Assembly (NCBI GenBank): GCA_048882325.1
Contig: JBHLRS010000002.1
Span: forward strand, 131,412 to 195,411
Direction of reading: 5' to 3'
Length of the DNA stretch: 64,000 nucleotides
Origin: Candidatus Thorarchaeota archaeon
GTDB taxonomy: Archaea > Asgardarchaeota > Thorarchaeia > Thorarchaeales > Thorarchaeaceae
Both the position numbers and the translations under genes were made by a program. Below the pieces are notes generated by a model, which was given only the letters and a program-made list of their open reading frames with translations, ran no database searches and was not told the DNA's origin. Position 1 is the first letter of the stretch. Every line of letters begins with the position of its first letter. Below, piece after piece: positions 1 through 10,777 of this stretch.

Positions 1-1
1 T

Positions 2-193
2 CAGGTAAGACCAGAAATTGTCGTAGAAGTGATAGCTTCAGAGGTTCAAGAGAGTCCAACTTATGAATCTGGATTGGCGTTACGGTTCGCACGGATAAAC
101 AGAATTCGTGAGGACAAAGGGCCAATGGATGCTATGACATTGCAGGAGCTAAAGGCAGTCTATGATAAGCAGTTCCGCTACAAAGCACGCTGA
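2..193 (+). CDS. lig: ATP-dependent DNA ligase, C-terminal OB domain (5' truncated by window)
   Basis: Manual translation QVRPEIVVEVIASEVQESPTYESGLALRFARINRIREDKGP... contains the ligase motif VI (LRFxRxxRxRxDK); stop TGA at 191-193. Confidence 0.9.
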   Translation, partial: QVRPEIVVEVIASEVQESPTYESGLALRFARINRIREDKGPMDAMTLQELKAVYDKQFRYKAR

Positions 194-270
194 AACCAGT
201 TTATATACGAACTATAGGTAACAAGACAGTGGAGCTGTTCGACAAATATCGGATAGCAGGGGGCATTTGA

Positions 271-1359
271 TTGAGGGCGAAGGGCAAATCCCAGAGACTG
301 TCACATCTAATTCCGAAGTTCCATTTCTGCTCAGTTCCATTGTTTCGAGAAGAACCTCTGATTAATTGGACTTACACGGACGCTGTTCTGTTCACTGCTT
401 ATGATGTATACCGGTCTCACGATTTCTGGTTAGATAAGGTCGTAAGCTCAGGTGCAACTCTTAAAGAAGCGTTAGTAGACCTCGGTTTTCCGAAGGCCAA
501 CTCACTTGTGGTTGACACAGGTGTTTTTGAAATGGAAGCAAAGAAAGCAGGTATATCTAGAGATCTTGGAATCGACATAGACATTGAATTGACAAATGCT
601 CAGATCTTCGAAGCATACGAGCTATCAGGTGCTGATTTCTATGTCGCACCAGATGAGATCATCCTTCCATTGGATAGTCCTGAGGTTACAAACAGGAAAA
701 TTAAGATCATAAAGTCAAATCTATTGGAGCTACTGGAGATGATACCAGCCCCACAGATCATCTCAGTAGTTCAAGGCCACCAACAAGAGGTTGTTAATGA
801 CCTTCTGGACTTCTATCGGGAAAATGGGATAAGATATTTCGCTATTGGGGGAGTGATTCCTTTATATCATTTTGATAAGCAATTGCTAGAGAAGCATTTG
901 GACTATGTGAGGATGTCAACGAGAAATGAGTGGCTCCACATTTTTGGATTACCTAGCATATCATTGCTATCGTATTATCTACAAAGAGTGAGAGTTGATA
1001 GTGTTGACACATCAACCATTACCTATCTTACTGCGCGTCGGAAGTATCTCGTTGGTCTAAAATCCGAACCTATTCGATTGGCAGATTTCGAGGAATGCTC
1101 TTGCCCAGGATGTCATGTTCTGTCTAGAGAAACGTCATCTAGGAGTAAAGCTTTCTTCGCAAATCTGTATATTCACAACATATTGACTGCTACAAGAGAG
1201 AGCATGAGGAAGTATAATCCCATACCAACCATGCCAAAGCAGAAAAAAACAGTGAAACGTTCAGCAGGAAACTGGGAAACTCCTATTGATAATGGGAACT
1301 CAGATTGGAAGACAGCTGAAGAGGCTATTCAAGACCGGGAGCGAAGACAGTCCGTGTAA
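271..1359 (+). CDS. tRNA-guanine transglycosylase (TGT)-fold protein, divergent
   Basis: VDTGVF, APDE, VQG, AIGG, HIFG and DSVDT motifs in TGT order; CSCPGC...HN Zn site. Confidence 0.75.
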   Translation: MRAKGKSQRLSHLIPKFHFCSVPLFREEPLINWTYTDAVLFTAYDVYRSHDFWLDKVVSSGATLKEALVDLGFPKANSLVVDTGVFEMEAKKAGISRDLGIDIDIELTNAQIFEAYELSGADFYVAPDEIILPLDSPEVTNRKIKIIKSNLLELLEMIPAPQIISVVQGHQQEVVNDLLDFYRENGIRYFAIGGVIPLYHFDKQLLEKHLDYVRMSTRNEWLHIFGLPSISLLSYYLQRVRVDSVDTSTITYLTARRKYLVGLKSEPIRLADFEECSCPGCHVLSRETSSRSKAFFANLYIHNILTATRESMRKYNPIPTMPKQKKTVKRSAGNWETPIDNGNSDWKTAEEAIQDRERRQSV

Positions 1360-1432
1360 GAATATACATTGACCACAGCTTTTATAGGTACAACCTGTCG
1401 GGAATGGAATATACGCATAGGAGTACTCTGCT

Positions 1433-1822
1433 ATGTGGCTAGAGATAACGTTAATCCCATTCATCATATTATTGATAGTATTCTTCATCTTCTGGATTGT
1501 CCATGAAGGTTCTAGGTGGCAGAAGCATCCACAATTTGGTGTCTTTGCTAGGTTCATCCAAAAGTCCCCAAAGAGAGAATTTCTTACATTCCTTGTAATG
1601 TTTATCCTAATGGTCCCATCGCTACTTCTTGTGATGACAGGGATGTGGTTGGACGCTCTTGGTACTGATCTTGGACCTCAGAGAGTTGATGTTGTAAACA
1701 TTATGCTGATTATGTTCCTTGTGTTGGCATTCTCCTTTGTACCGATGTGGGGCTCCCTTGGTACATGGCGTAATGCTAGACGAGCCGAAGCTGAAATGAA
1801 GGTACGACCTACTGGAATGTAG
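1433..1822 (+). CDS. hypothetical membrane protein (about 3 TM)
   Basis: 129 aa ORF with three hydrophobic segments; AGGAG upstream. Confidence 0.75.
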   Translation: MWLEITLIPFIILLIVFFIFWIVHEGSRWQKHPQFGVFARFIQKSPKREFLTFLVMFILMVPSLLLVMTGMWLDALGTDLGPQRVDVVNIMLIMFLVLAFSFVPMWGSLGTWRNARRAEAEMKVRPTGM

Positions 1823-1905
1823 GATTTCACTGGAAGTTGGCTGATAGTCCATATATATCGGACTATCCTGCCAATTTGATTTTCCAAGTCCTGAGGTGAG
1901 GAAGA

Positions 1906-2817
1906 ATGACATTCACCCAACTGGCCGATGATATCTTCGTGGTCATTGGAGGTTCTTTCCCTAGGTGCAATACACTGGTTGTGGTTGCTGACGAGCTTGT
2001 GGTGATAGACCCAGGTTGTGCGATTGAAGACCTGCGAAGATTCATCATGTCACAGGACATGGAGATGCGAGACATTGACACCATAATCCTTAGTCATATA
2101 CATCCAGACCATATCACACACGCAATGAGGATTAATAGACTCTCTAACTGTCGAATTGTAGCGAATGATATCACTGCACCTTTGTTTAATGAAAAGGAAG
2201 AGATGAAACGGTTTCTTGGTTTTGTCAAAACAAATCCAGTGCGTAAATTATGGGAGGACCTTGTGGATCAGAAGATGTACGGAGCATTAGAAGACGGGCG
2301 TGTGGATGAAATTGTGAGAGATGGCGACAAGTACAGTCTTGGCACTACTACTCTCAGGATGCTTTACACTCCTGGTCATCTTCCTGACCATATGTGCTTC
2401 GAGATACTTGAGCCAAACTTGGTGTTTACATCAGATATCGACCTTACTGAGTTCGGACCCTTTTATGGACATCCAAACTCATCGATACCTGACTTCAAGA
2501 TGTCAATCCAAAAAATCATGCAGAACGAGTTTGATGGATTAATCAGTGGTCACCTTAAAGACCCGCTTGTTGTAAACTACAAAGAAAAGCTCACTTCATA
2601 CTATCGTCAATTTGAAATTCGGGAAGACTTGGTGCTCTCAGCAATACTTGATGGAGCGAAAACAGTTCCAGAGATTATAGTTGATCCTATCATCTACCCG
2701 TCACTCACACACCCAGTCTTTATGCAATTTGAGAGGTGGATGATAGAGCATCATGTTTCCTCATTGATTGGTTCTGGACTTGTTGAAGAGAACAAGGGGA
2801 AACTCAGAGCTATCTAG
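1906..2817 (+). CDS. MBL-fold metallo-hydrolase
   Basis: SHIHPDH, TPGH and SGH motifs; C-terminal wHTH-like segment. Confidence 0.9.
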   Translation: MTFTQLADDIFVVIGGSFPRCNTLVVVADELVVIDPGCAIEDLRRFIMSQDMEMRDIDTIILSHIHPDHITHAMRINRLSNCRIVANDITAPLFNEKEEMKRFLGFVKTNPVRKLWEDLVDQKMYGALEDGRVDEIVRDGDKYSLGTTTLRMLYTPGHLPDHMCFEILEPNLVFTSDIDLTEFGPFYGHPNSSIPDFKMSIQKIMQNEFDGLISGHLKDPLVVNYKEKLTSYYRQFEIREDLVLSAILDGAKTVPEIIVDPIIYPSLTHPVFMQFERWMIEHHVSSLIGSGLVEENKGKLRAI

Positions 2818-3335
2818 AGTATCAATTCCATGTACTTTACATGCTTCTGAATTTGTGGAGGGGTTTCACCGCCTCGATATTTCCGAATGTCATGGAATCC
2901 CATCGATTTGTAAAGATGTCGAGCCGCTTTGAACGTTTCAGATGTTTCAAGCCGCAGTCTTGAAAATCCAAGTTCTTTTCCCTTTTCAATTAACTTGGTC
3001 AACAGGAGCCTACCAAAGTTCTGTCCTCTATGCGTTGGACGGATAAACATGCGCTTAATTTCTCCAATCCCAGGCTCAAGCTGCATTAATGCTCCCATAC
3101 CTTCAGCTCTACCAGCGATTTCAAGAATAAAGACAATTCCTGTATGAGGTTCAATGTTGATGTACTCTTCAAGGTACTCCGTCACATATTCTTGAACTGA
3201 TCTATCACTCGACGAACCAAGGTCAATATTGTGAATTTCCTTGAGGATTTTCGATACCCAAGTTACATACTCAACATTTAGGTCAAAGAATTGGTCTTTA
3301 TGAGCTTTGTTTGAATATGGAACAAGCTTAGCCAT
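2814..3335 (-). CDS. GNAT N-acetyltransferase
   Basis: GEIKRMFIRPTHRGQNFG...ARHLYKSMGF; start moved to ATG 3335 (MAKLVPY) to avoid overlap with the next gene. Confidence 0.88.
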   Translation of the reverse strand: MAKLVPYSNKAHKDQFFDLNVEYVTWVSKILKEIHNIDLGSSSDRSVQEYVTEYLEEYINIEPHTGIVFILEIAGRAEGMGALMQLEPGIGEIKRMFIRPTHRGQNFGRLLLTKLIEKGKELGFSRLRLETSETFKAARHLYKSMGFHDIRKYRGGETPPQIQKHVKYMELIL

Positions 3336-3433
3336 GACCTCCAGCTCTATGGGGATTGTTCTATGAGTCAAAGTTAATAAGTGAAGACGATTGGTTGCAT
3401 AACAATTGTTAATGATTTTGGTGTAGGACTTAA

Positions 3434-5515
3434 ATGACCAGTAACAGATTAGCCCAGGAGAAGAGTCCATATTTATTGCAGCATGCAGAGAATCCAGTGG
3501 ATTGGTATCCTTGGGGAAATGAGGCATTTGATCTAGCAAAAAGGGAGAACAAACCAGTCTTTCTATCTATAGGGTATAGCACATGTCACTGGTGTCATGT
3601 CATGGCGCATGAATCCTTTGAGGATGATGATGTAGCACAGTTAATGAATGATGCATTTGTCAGCATCAAGGTAGATAGGGAAGAGAGACCGGACATAGAT
3701 GGTGTCTATATGGATGTTGCCCAGATGATCACTGGGCGAGGTGGATGGCCACTAACAATTATCATGACACCAGACAAGAAGCCATTCTATGCAGCCACAT
3801 ATATCCCGAAAGAAAGCAGATACAATATGATTGGTATGAAGGAGCTTGTACCTCGCATAAAAGAACTCTGGGAAACTGATCAATCAAACATTGAGGATGT
3901 CATCGAACGGATTGAACAAGCACTCTCAGACTCCAAACGAGCTGGACAGATGGATGATCTATCTATTACCGAGGTGGACGAAGCGTATCAGCATCTATCC
4001 CAGCGGTTTGATGAAGAACGAGGTGGTTTTGGCTCAGCACCAAAGTTTCCGTCCCCTCACAATCTTATGCTGATATTGAGATATTGGAAGAGAACCGGGG
4101 ATGAGAGAGCATTATTCATTGTGGAAAAGACACTACAGGCTATGAGGTCGGGAGGTATATTCGACCACATTGGTTTTGGATTTCATAGGTACTCGACAGA
4201 TGCTGAATGGTTGCTCCCTCACTTTGAGAAGATGCTCTACGATCAAGCCAGTCTGATGATGGCCTACACTGAAGCATATCAGATAACAAAGAAGCGTGAG
4301 TATGCAGATACCGTTCGAGGCATCTTTGAATATGTTACTCGAGATTTGAGAAGTTCTGAGGGAGCATTCTATTCCGCAGAGGACGCAGATTCTGAGGGAG
4401 AAGAGGGGAAGTTCTATACATGGGCCAAGAGTGAGATTGATGAGGTTTTGGGGGAGGATCTCGCGCCACATTTCATTCGGATATACAACATACATGAAGA
4501 GGGCAACTTTGAGGACGAGGCCACTCGCACAATGACGGGGCTCAACATTCCACACCTCAGTGATTCTGTAGATCTCGATACTGAAATGACAAGACAAGAA
4601 TTGGAACTCTTGCTGAGAGATGCAAGAGCAAAATTGTTCATACGAAGAGAAACAAGAGTGAGACCGAGTCTGGATGACAAGATTTTGACAGACTGGAATA
4701 GTTTCATGGTTGCAGCACTTGCAAAGGCAGGAGTCGTACTTGGAGATAGCGAGTTCATAGAGGCCGCTGAGAAAGCTCTTACATTTATCCTAGAAAGAAT
4801 GCTCGATGAGAAAAGAGAGCTGTATCACCGATACAAGGATGGAGAAGTAGCTATTAGTGCATTCCTCGATGATTATGCGTATCTTGTCTGGGCGCTTCTT
4901 GAATCGTACGAAGCAACTTTCAAACCAGAGTATCTGGAACTTGCGAAAGATCTTAGTCTGGATCTGATAGCGGAATTCTGGGATGAGGAGAGTGGAGGAT
5001 TCTATTTCACCGGAGTCAATTCGGAGAAACTCTTGGTGCGTAAAAAAGATGCATATGATGGAGCCATGCCATCGGGTAATTCAGTGGCTGCGCTAAACCT
5101 GATTAGACTGGCGCGTTTTCTTGGAGACCCAGATTTCGAAGCGCGTGCATCAGAAACAATCAAGGCATTCTCAGGTATAATCCAAAGAGTCCCATCAGGA
5201 TTCTCAATGATGTTGATTGCTCTTGATTTTGCACAAGGTGAATCCTACGAAATAGTCATAGTTGGGGATCCAATGAAAGAAGACACGCATAAAATGCTTG
5301 ACACATTACGGGACTATTACATCCCTAACAAAGTGATTCTCTTGAAGGGAACCACGCTTCAGTCAGACGAGGTGTCCAGACTAGCCCCCTTCGCAAAGTT
5401 TCATGACTCACTTGGAGGAAAGGCCACAGCTCATGTTTGCATAGATTACAACTGCAAGCTTCCTACAACTGAGATTGACCAGTTGCTCAAATTACTAGGC
5501 ATCGATTCATCATGA
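3434..5515 (+). CDS. thioredoxin-domain / six-hairpin glycosidase-like protein (YyaL/SSP411 family)
   Basis: [37 protein letters not shown]. Confidence 0.95.
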   Translation: MTSNRLAQEKSPYLLQHAENPVDWYPWGNEAFDLAKRENKPVFLSIGYSTCHWCHVMAHESFEDDDVAQLMNDAFVSIKVDREERPDIDGVYMDVAQMITGRGGWPLTIIMTPDKKPFYAATYIPKESRYNMIGMKELVPRIKELWETDQSNIEDVIERIEQALSDSKRAGQMDDLSITEVDEAYQHLSQRFDEERGGFGSAPKFPSPHNLMLILRYWKRTGDERALFIVEKTLQAMRSGGIFDHIGFGFHRYSTDAEWLLPHFEKMLYDQASLMMAYTEAYQITKKREYADTVRGIFEYVTRDLRSSEGAFYSAEDADSEGEEGKFYTWAKSEIDEVLGEDLAPHFIRIYNIHEEGNFEDEATRTMTGLNIPHLSDSVDLDTEMTRQELELLLRDARAKLFIRRETRVRPSLDDKILTDWNSFMVAALAKAGVVLGDSEFIEAAEKALTFILERMLDEKRELYHRYKDGEVAISAFLDDYAYLVWALLESYEATFKPEYLELAKDLSLDLIAEFWDEESGGFYFTGVNSEKLLVRKKDAYDGAMPSGNSVAALNLIRLARFLGDPDFEARASETIKAFSGIIQRVPSGFSMMLIALDFAQGESYEIVIVGDPMKEDTHKMLDTLRDYYIPNKVILLKGTTLQSDEVSRLAPFAKFHDSLGGKATAHVCIDYNCKLPTTEIDQLLKLLGIDSS

Positions 5516-7000
5516 CTACTGTGATGGTTTGCGTTTCATCCAAAGAACAACACCAATAATCAAAATCGCAACAACACCACTAGCAACAACAATGACGGGA
5601 CCATACACAGTTAGAAAGTCATTTGGCCAAATCTCAGCTAATGCATCTCCAGCAGCCTTCCACGAGTCTGCGATGATAAGAAGATCTGCTGAGATAGCGT
5701 TCAAGGTGGATTCAAATGGAACGATCGCTGCATCAATATCTCTAGAGGCATTGAAGGATTCTGCTAGGTCAAGGAATGTGTTGGAAACAAATCCGGTTGC
5801 TTGTGATATATTTCCAGGGAAGATGAGAGATGAATTATCCGCCAGATTAGCGAACGCAGGTAGTGCATCCTGTCCGGCATCAATAAAAGATGTGAGGTCA
5901 ATCCCGGGCACCAAGAGTGGGAAACTCTCAAGGGCGGTTCTATATGATAGATATTGAAGTGTGGTTTGTGCTTCCAGACCCAGCCCCAGGAAATAGAGAA
6001 GTGAGGTCTTGAAGTTAGTTTCATCAGTTATGCCATCAAACTCACTCAGAAATGACTTTAGTCCTTCAGCTGTGAAGTCCTCACTCATCTGACGGAACCC
6101 AGCCTGACCGAACCTGCCCACTATTGCATTAGGACTATTGGGAGCGTAGATTGATCCGACACCAAGAAGTTTGTCACGTACCATCCTGCCTAAACGCGCA
6201 TCGGTTGATTCAGAAGGCGGTGTGTCAGGTAAGAACGTGTTAGATATGTAATACCTGTTTGACCAAGCATCAATTAGCGAGGTGAATGTAATTTTGGTGT
6301 AGTTTCCCCTACCATCATCTGGGTAGCCAAAGTTCTCACCAAATGAACCTACACCTGGATCAACAATCGTAACTGAGGTTTCGGTGTCATTATAGCCCAC
6401 AATAAGTACAGCATGAGCGCCTCCGCTAACGCCTTGTTCACGCAGATAGTCATAATCAGCTGCAGGGAGAAACGCTGAATCCACACTGATTAGAAGGGGA
6501 TAACCACTATCAATTGTACGCCTCATAAGACTAAACGCTTCAGCTTGTCCGTCCAAAACTCCAACCGTGAGTCCTTCTGCCTCCCACACTTGAACAATCT
6601 GTTCAAGATTAGGCACAGTATCTCCAAGATAGATTGTATAGTTAACACCATAGAGCTCTGCTAAGAAATGAGTTGGTTCCGCCTGAGTGTAAAGAGCGCC
6701 TGGAAACATAAGCATGGTATCATCAAAGCGGAAATAAGCGAATGAAAATCCGATTGTGGAAGCTGCAAAGACATCATACATAGTTAGGGAAACACCAGCA
6801 TATTGCATCGCCATCGTTGTAGCAGCCCAAGCACAGAACCCGTTAATCTCTTGCCAGACATAGTCTTTGGCTGGGAGAAGCCCGCTTTCAGCGACAACAA
6901 ACGTATAATCGGTATCGAGAATGGCAACTGGTTCTTGAGCTAGTATAGGCGTCACTAGGATAAGGGCAAGAAAGATTGCTGCAAGGGGATATAGCTTCAC
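5516..7000 (-). CDS. secreted, C-terminally membrane-anchored papain-like (C39/BtrH-like) peptidase
   Basis: Signal peptide from GTG 7000; Q..GFCAWA (Cys), GAHAVLIVGY (His), IVDP (Asp); C-terminal TM followed by KRK. Confidence 0.75.
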   Translation of the reverse strand: MKLYPLAAIFLALILVTPILAQEPVAILDTDYTFVVAESGLLPAKDYVWQEINGFCAWAATTMAMQYAGVSLTMYDVFAASTIGFSFAYFRFDDTMLMFPGALYTQAEPTHFLAELYGVNYTIYLGDTVPNLEQIVQVWEAEGLTVGVLDGQAEAFSLMRRTIDSGYPLLISVDSAFLPAADYDYLREQGVSGGAHAVLIVGYNDTETSVTIVDPGVGSFGENFGYPDDGRGNYTKITFTSLIDAWSNRYYISNTFLPDTPPSESTDARLGRMVRDKLLGVGSIYAPNSPNAIVGRFGQAGFRQMSEDFTAEGLKSFLSEFDGITDETNFKTSLLYFLGLGLEAQTTLQYLSYRTALESFPLLVPGIDLTSFIDAGQDALPAFANLADNSSLIFPGNISQATGFVSNTFLDLAESFNASRDIDAAIVPFESTLNAISADLLIIADSWKAAGDALAEIWPNDFLTVYGPVIVVASGVVAILIIGVVLWMKRKPSQ

Positions 7001-7119
7001 TGGTGTCCACTCAAAAGAGTTGAGTCTCTGACAAATCATAAGGATGTCGATAGGACAAACCATGTTCAAAGTAAGAAACCTTATTGCACGTGTTGAACTC
7101 TTTTTGACGCAGTCACAAG

Positions 7120-7548
7120 GTGAGCTCTTTGAGTCTAGGAAAATCAGAAGCAATGATATTTCTCATCGGATTGACTATTTTTGCCGCAGGAATCATTGTT
7201 CTTCTTCCGAATGAACCTATTACATACACCAGTGAGGTTGAGCTCGATCCTGGTTCATACCTTTTTAGAGGGAGTTTGGATGGTGCAGGCGATTACAACA
7301 TTCACTCTCTGCGGATTCTTGCAGATCCGATTAGTATGCACATTGTTCTGAAGTGTGGGAACAATGATTTTGACATCTACGCTGGTTTTGGATATACTCC
7401 TACTGAGTCCATCTACGAATTCAGAGGGTTTGCAGCAGGTGGAGAGGATTTCACAGTTGATACCATTCAGGAGGGCCTTTGGCACATGATGGTTCACTCT
7501 TACTCAGGTTCAGGACAGTATGAATTACGGATAGATATCGAATACTGA
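7120..7548 (+). CDS. membrane-anchored PPC (pre-peptidase C-terminal) domain protein
   Basis: N-terminal TM; DFDIY...GLWHMMVHSYSGSGQYEL matches the PPC pattern. Confidence 0.7.
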   Translation: MSSLSLGKSEAMIFLIGLTIFAAGIIVLLPNEPITYTSEVELDPGSYLFRGSLDGAGDYNIHSLRILADPISMHIVLKCGNNDFDIYAGFGYTPTESIYEFRGFAAGGEDFTVDTIQEGLWHMMVHSYSGSGQYELRIDIEY

Positions 7549-7693
7549 CTACTCAAACCCTAACAAGCTGACTAGTTTGACAACTTGATGAGAGTATTCG
7601 ACATAAAAGAAGACTAAAAAGTCCTCCAAAGAGTTGGCCGCTGCAAGTGATGGTTTTATTGTAGCTACTCAATGACATAAACAGGAGCAAGTT

Positions 7694-8779
7694 TTGTTGA
7701 ATTATCACCTAGTCCTCACCCGAAGATGCAATCTCAACTGCTTCTATTGTCATGGTGGGGAAGAGAGCGGTCCAGACACAGAGATACAATATTCTATCGA
7801 GGACCTTGCATCATTTTTGGCGCAGGATAAAGATGTTCAACTCATGTTGTATGGTGGAGAGCCTACTCTAAGAGTACCAATGATTATCGAACTGATGGAC
7901 CGATTCCCAACTGCAAGATTCATGCTTCAGACTAATGCACTCCTCCTAGATCAAATTCCTGAAGACTATATCAAAAGATTTCATTCAATCCTAGTTTCTA
8001 TTGATGGGACTGAAGAGACGACTGATGGCTATCGTTCCACAGGGGTATATCAGAAAGCCATTAGGAATGTTAGAAGGCTGAGAGAAACCGACTATGAAGG
8101 AGATGTAGTCGCCAGGATGGCAGTTTCTGAGCAGTCGGATATCTATAGAGATGTAAGACATCTACTTGAATTAAGAGACCCCCTCTTCGACCATGTTCAT
8201 TGGCAATTGAATGTTGTTTGGGATGCAGAGAACAACTGGCAAGATTTTGACAGGTGGGTTGAAGAAAACTATAATCCTGGAATTACTCGACTCGTTGAAG
8301 AATGGGTAAGTAAAATGGAAGCAGGTGTCGTTGAGGGAATTGTCCCATTCCTCCCACTCATGCACACCTTAATCACAGGAACACCATCCGAGATGCGATG
8401 TGGTTCAGGGCTGGATACTTTTGCCATTCACGTTGATGGAAAGATAGGAATCTGCCCAATCTCACCGGATTGGGAGTTCTCAATCGTGGGAGATATTTGG
8501 GATTCAAGTCTAGTAGACTTAGAGAATTGTATGAGGGTTGATGAACCCTGTCCATCCTGCGAGGATTATGGGATTTGTGGAGGTCGTTGTTTATTCGCAA
8601 ACAAACAAAGACTTTGGGGAGAAGATGGGTTTGAGAAGATATGTGACCTCTCAAGACACCTCTTTGATACTCTGCGGAAACATGTTCCCAAGGTTGTCGA
8701 GCTCATTGATGCGGGAATAGTCACATTGGACGCTTTTGATTATCCCGAATACAACAACGGATGCGAGATTGTCCCTTAG
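7694..8779 (+). CDS. radical SAM/SPASM protein (AF0577/TIGR04084-like)
   Basis: CNLNCFYC, YGGEP, SIDG; SPASM C-x-G...CP...CxxC-x5-CGGRC; C-terminus NNGCEIVP. Confidence 0.9.
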   Translation: MLNYHLVLTRRCNLNCFYCHGGEESGPDTEIQYSIEDLASFLAQDKDVQLMLYGGEPTLRVPMIIELMDRFPTARFMLQTNALLLDQIPEDYIKRFHSILVSIDGTEETTDGYRSTGVYQKAIRNVRRLRETDYEGDVVARMAVSEQSDIYRDVRHLLELRDPLFDHVHWQLNVVWDAENNWQDFDRWVEENYNPGITRLVEEWVSKMEAGVVEGIVPFLPLMHTLITGTPSEMRCGSGLDTFAIHVDGKIGICPISPDWEFSIVGDIWDSSLVDLENCMRVDEPCPSCEDYGICGGRCLFANKQRLWGEDGFEKICDLSRHLFDTLRKHVPKVVELIDAGIVTLDAFDYPEYNNGCEIVP

Positions 8780-8819
8780 GAAAGGCAAATATCTGAATAT
8801 GTAACCACTGCGGAGGAAG

Positions 8820-9608
8820 ATGATGACGTCGACTCGTGATGTACTGGATAGGCTTGCAGCTGGTGAGATAACAACAGAAGAGGCTGAAAAGGAACTCAAG
8901 TCTCTCGCCTTGACCAAAGTTGGGGATTTTGGCATGTTAGATTCAAATCGGCAAGAGAGAAGCGGAGTCCCAGAAGTGGTCTATGCTGAAAGCAAGACAG
9001 TAAAGAGTCTGGTGAAGATTGTAGATGCACTTGTGGAGAAGAATGGAGTGGTTCTTATCACTCGAATGACTCAACAGAAACTTGAAGGGTTGCAACAAGC
9101 TCATCCGAAGCTCTCATTCGAATCTAAGGGATCAGAAGAACATCTTACAGTATTTGCTTATTCCGATTCATGGAGTGAACCAAAGAAGGAAGGGAAAATT
9201 GCTATTCTCACTGCAGGAACATCTGATGTTGTTTATGCAAGAGAAACCGAAGCAATCGCCAGATTGATGGGAGTCGAAACCGTGTCATTCTATGATGTTG
9301 GTGTTGCTGGAATCCATCGTCTTATTGAACCTATACAGACAATCGTAGAGGAAGATGCGGATGCAGTTGTTGTCCTTGCCGGAATGGAGGGGGCTTTACC
9401 AACGGTTGTGGCCGCCCTTATTGATGCACCCGTCATTGGAGTTCCAATACCAACAGGGTATGGTCATGGGGGTATGGGTGAAACAGCTTTAGCATCCATG
9501 TTACAGTCATGTTCACCTGGACTTGCCGTAGTCAATATAGGAAACGGACTGGGTGCAGGTTCTGTTGCTGCTTTGATAGCTAAAAGACGGGCACAAAAGG
9601 GTAAATGA
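8820..9608 (+). CDS. larB: nickel-pincer cofactor biosynthesis protein LarB (PurE-like)
   Basis: R..R.G.PEVV, AGTSD, DVGVAGIHRL, AGMEGALP, PTGYG, SCSPG...VVNIGNG. Confidence 0.92.
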   Translation: MMTSTRDVLDRLAAGEITTEEAEKELKSLALTKVGDFGMLDSNRQERSGVPEVVYAESKTVKSLVKIVDALVEKNGVVLITRMTQQKLEGLQQAHPKLSFESKGSEEHLTVFAYSDSWSEPKKEGKIAILTAGTSDVVYARETEAIARLMGVETVSFYDVGVAGIHRLIEPIQTIVEEDADAVVVLAGMEGALPTVVAALIDAPVIGVPIPTGYGHGGMGETALASMLQSCSPGLAVVNIGNGLGAGSVAALIAKRRAQKGK

Positions 9609-9610
9609 GG

Positions 9611-10108
9611 CTACTCTTCCTCATCCATTGGTTTTTCGGTCAAGTCCTTCTGCATGATTACGATTTCTTCACCAAGCCGTTCAATTCGTCCTGTCTCGAC
9701 ATAACCCCCGCGTTCATAGAAGGAGAGTTGTTGCTCGACAGCACCATAGACTTCGATCTCTATTAATTGCGCATTCATATGTGTCAAGAGATTCTCTGCG
9801 TAGTCAACAAGCATCGTGCCAATTCGTCGACCTCTGAAATCGGACCTCACTGCTACTCTACTTATTACTCCAACCTGACCACGAAGACGGACACGCATTG
9901 TTCCTACCACAGTTTCCCCAACAAGAGCAACATACTGATGACCCATTTGAATGTGTCTGGAGATTTTCCCTAGACCCTCCTCAAGTGCAGCTGGTTTGCG
10001 GGAGAGTTGTTTCATGATTGGTTGATATGCTTCTTTGATTATCTCCTTAATTACATCTACCTCTGCAAGAACAGCTTTACGTATTGCTATCTCAGCGTAG
10101 TTATAAAT
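9611..10108 (-). CDS. GNAT N-acetyltransferase
   Basis: ISRVAVRSDFRGRRIG...FYERGGY; start uncertain (ATT 10108 after GGAGGT, or GTG 10150). Confidence 0.85.
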   Translation of the reverse strand: MYNYAEIAIRKAVLAEVDVIKEIIKEAYQPIMKQLSRKPAALEEGLGKISRHIQMGHQYVALVGETVVGTMRVRLRGQVGVISRVAVRSDFRGRRIGTMLVDYAENLLTHMNAQLIEIEVYGAVEQQLSFYERGGYVETGRIERLGEEIVIMQKDLTEKPMDEEE

Positions 10109-10238
10109 TAGAGATACCTCCTCTAGAACTTGCGCGTTGACGTATAGCACGCATTGACATATATCATTTGGGGCACGGACTCTAGAGAGGTTTTATTTTG
10201 AAACATATTCAATCTAGGATTAGGGGTCAAATCTGAAG

Positions 10239-10736
10239 ATGACACATGAGGTTCGGGAGATTGCAATATCTGATAGGGAGTGGATAGAAGATGTTCTTTG
10301 TGGAAGTTGGGGTTCAACCAGAATTGTCACAAGGGGAGTTGTTCATCACGCAGACCAACTTCCAGGTTTTGTTGCATTGACTAATGGAAAAAGGTCAGGC
10401 CTTCTGACGTACAGTGTGAGTAAAAACTTACTAGAAATCATTACTCTAGAGGCAAAGAGAGAAAGAGAGGGTATTGGAAGTGCACTTGTGAACGCAGCGA
10501 TTGAGAGAGCAGAGATCCTGAGATGTTCGAAGATTAGGGTGGTCACAACAAATGACAATACACCTGCTCTGCAGTTCTACAAAGCTTTAGGATTCAAGAT
10601 TGTAGCAGTCCGTAAAGGAGCAGTTAATGAATCACGAAAACTGAAACCAGAAATTCCACTCATTGGTGTAAATGGTGTTCAGATAACTGATGAGATCGAA
10701 CTCGAGAGGAGAGTCCATGACAACACGTACCTTTAA
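10239..10736 (+). CDS. GNAT N-acetyltransferase
   Basis: REGIGSAL, TTNDNTPALQFYKALGF. Confidence 0.92.
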   Translation: MTHEVREIAISDREWIEDVLCGSWGSTRIVTRGVVHHADQLPGFVALTNGKRSGLLTYSVSKNLLEIITLEAKREREGIGSALVNAAIERAEILRCSKIRVVTTNDNTPALQFYKALGFKIVAVRKGAVNESRKLKPEIPLIGVNGVQITDEIELERRVHDNTYL

Positions 10737-10777
10737 TACGTCTCAAGCGAATCACTCTGCATTCAGGAGGTCACCTG

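Noticed and set aside
7001-7153. Upstream extension of the peptidase ORF
   Set aside because: Overlaps the divergent gene; the signal peptide begins at GTG 7000
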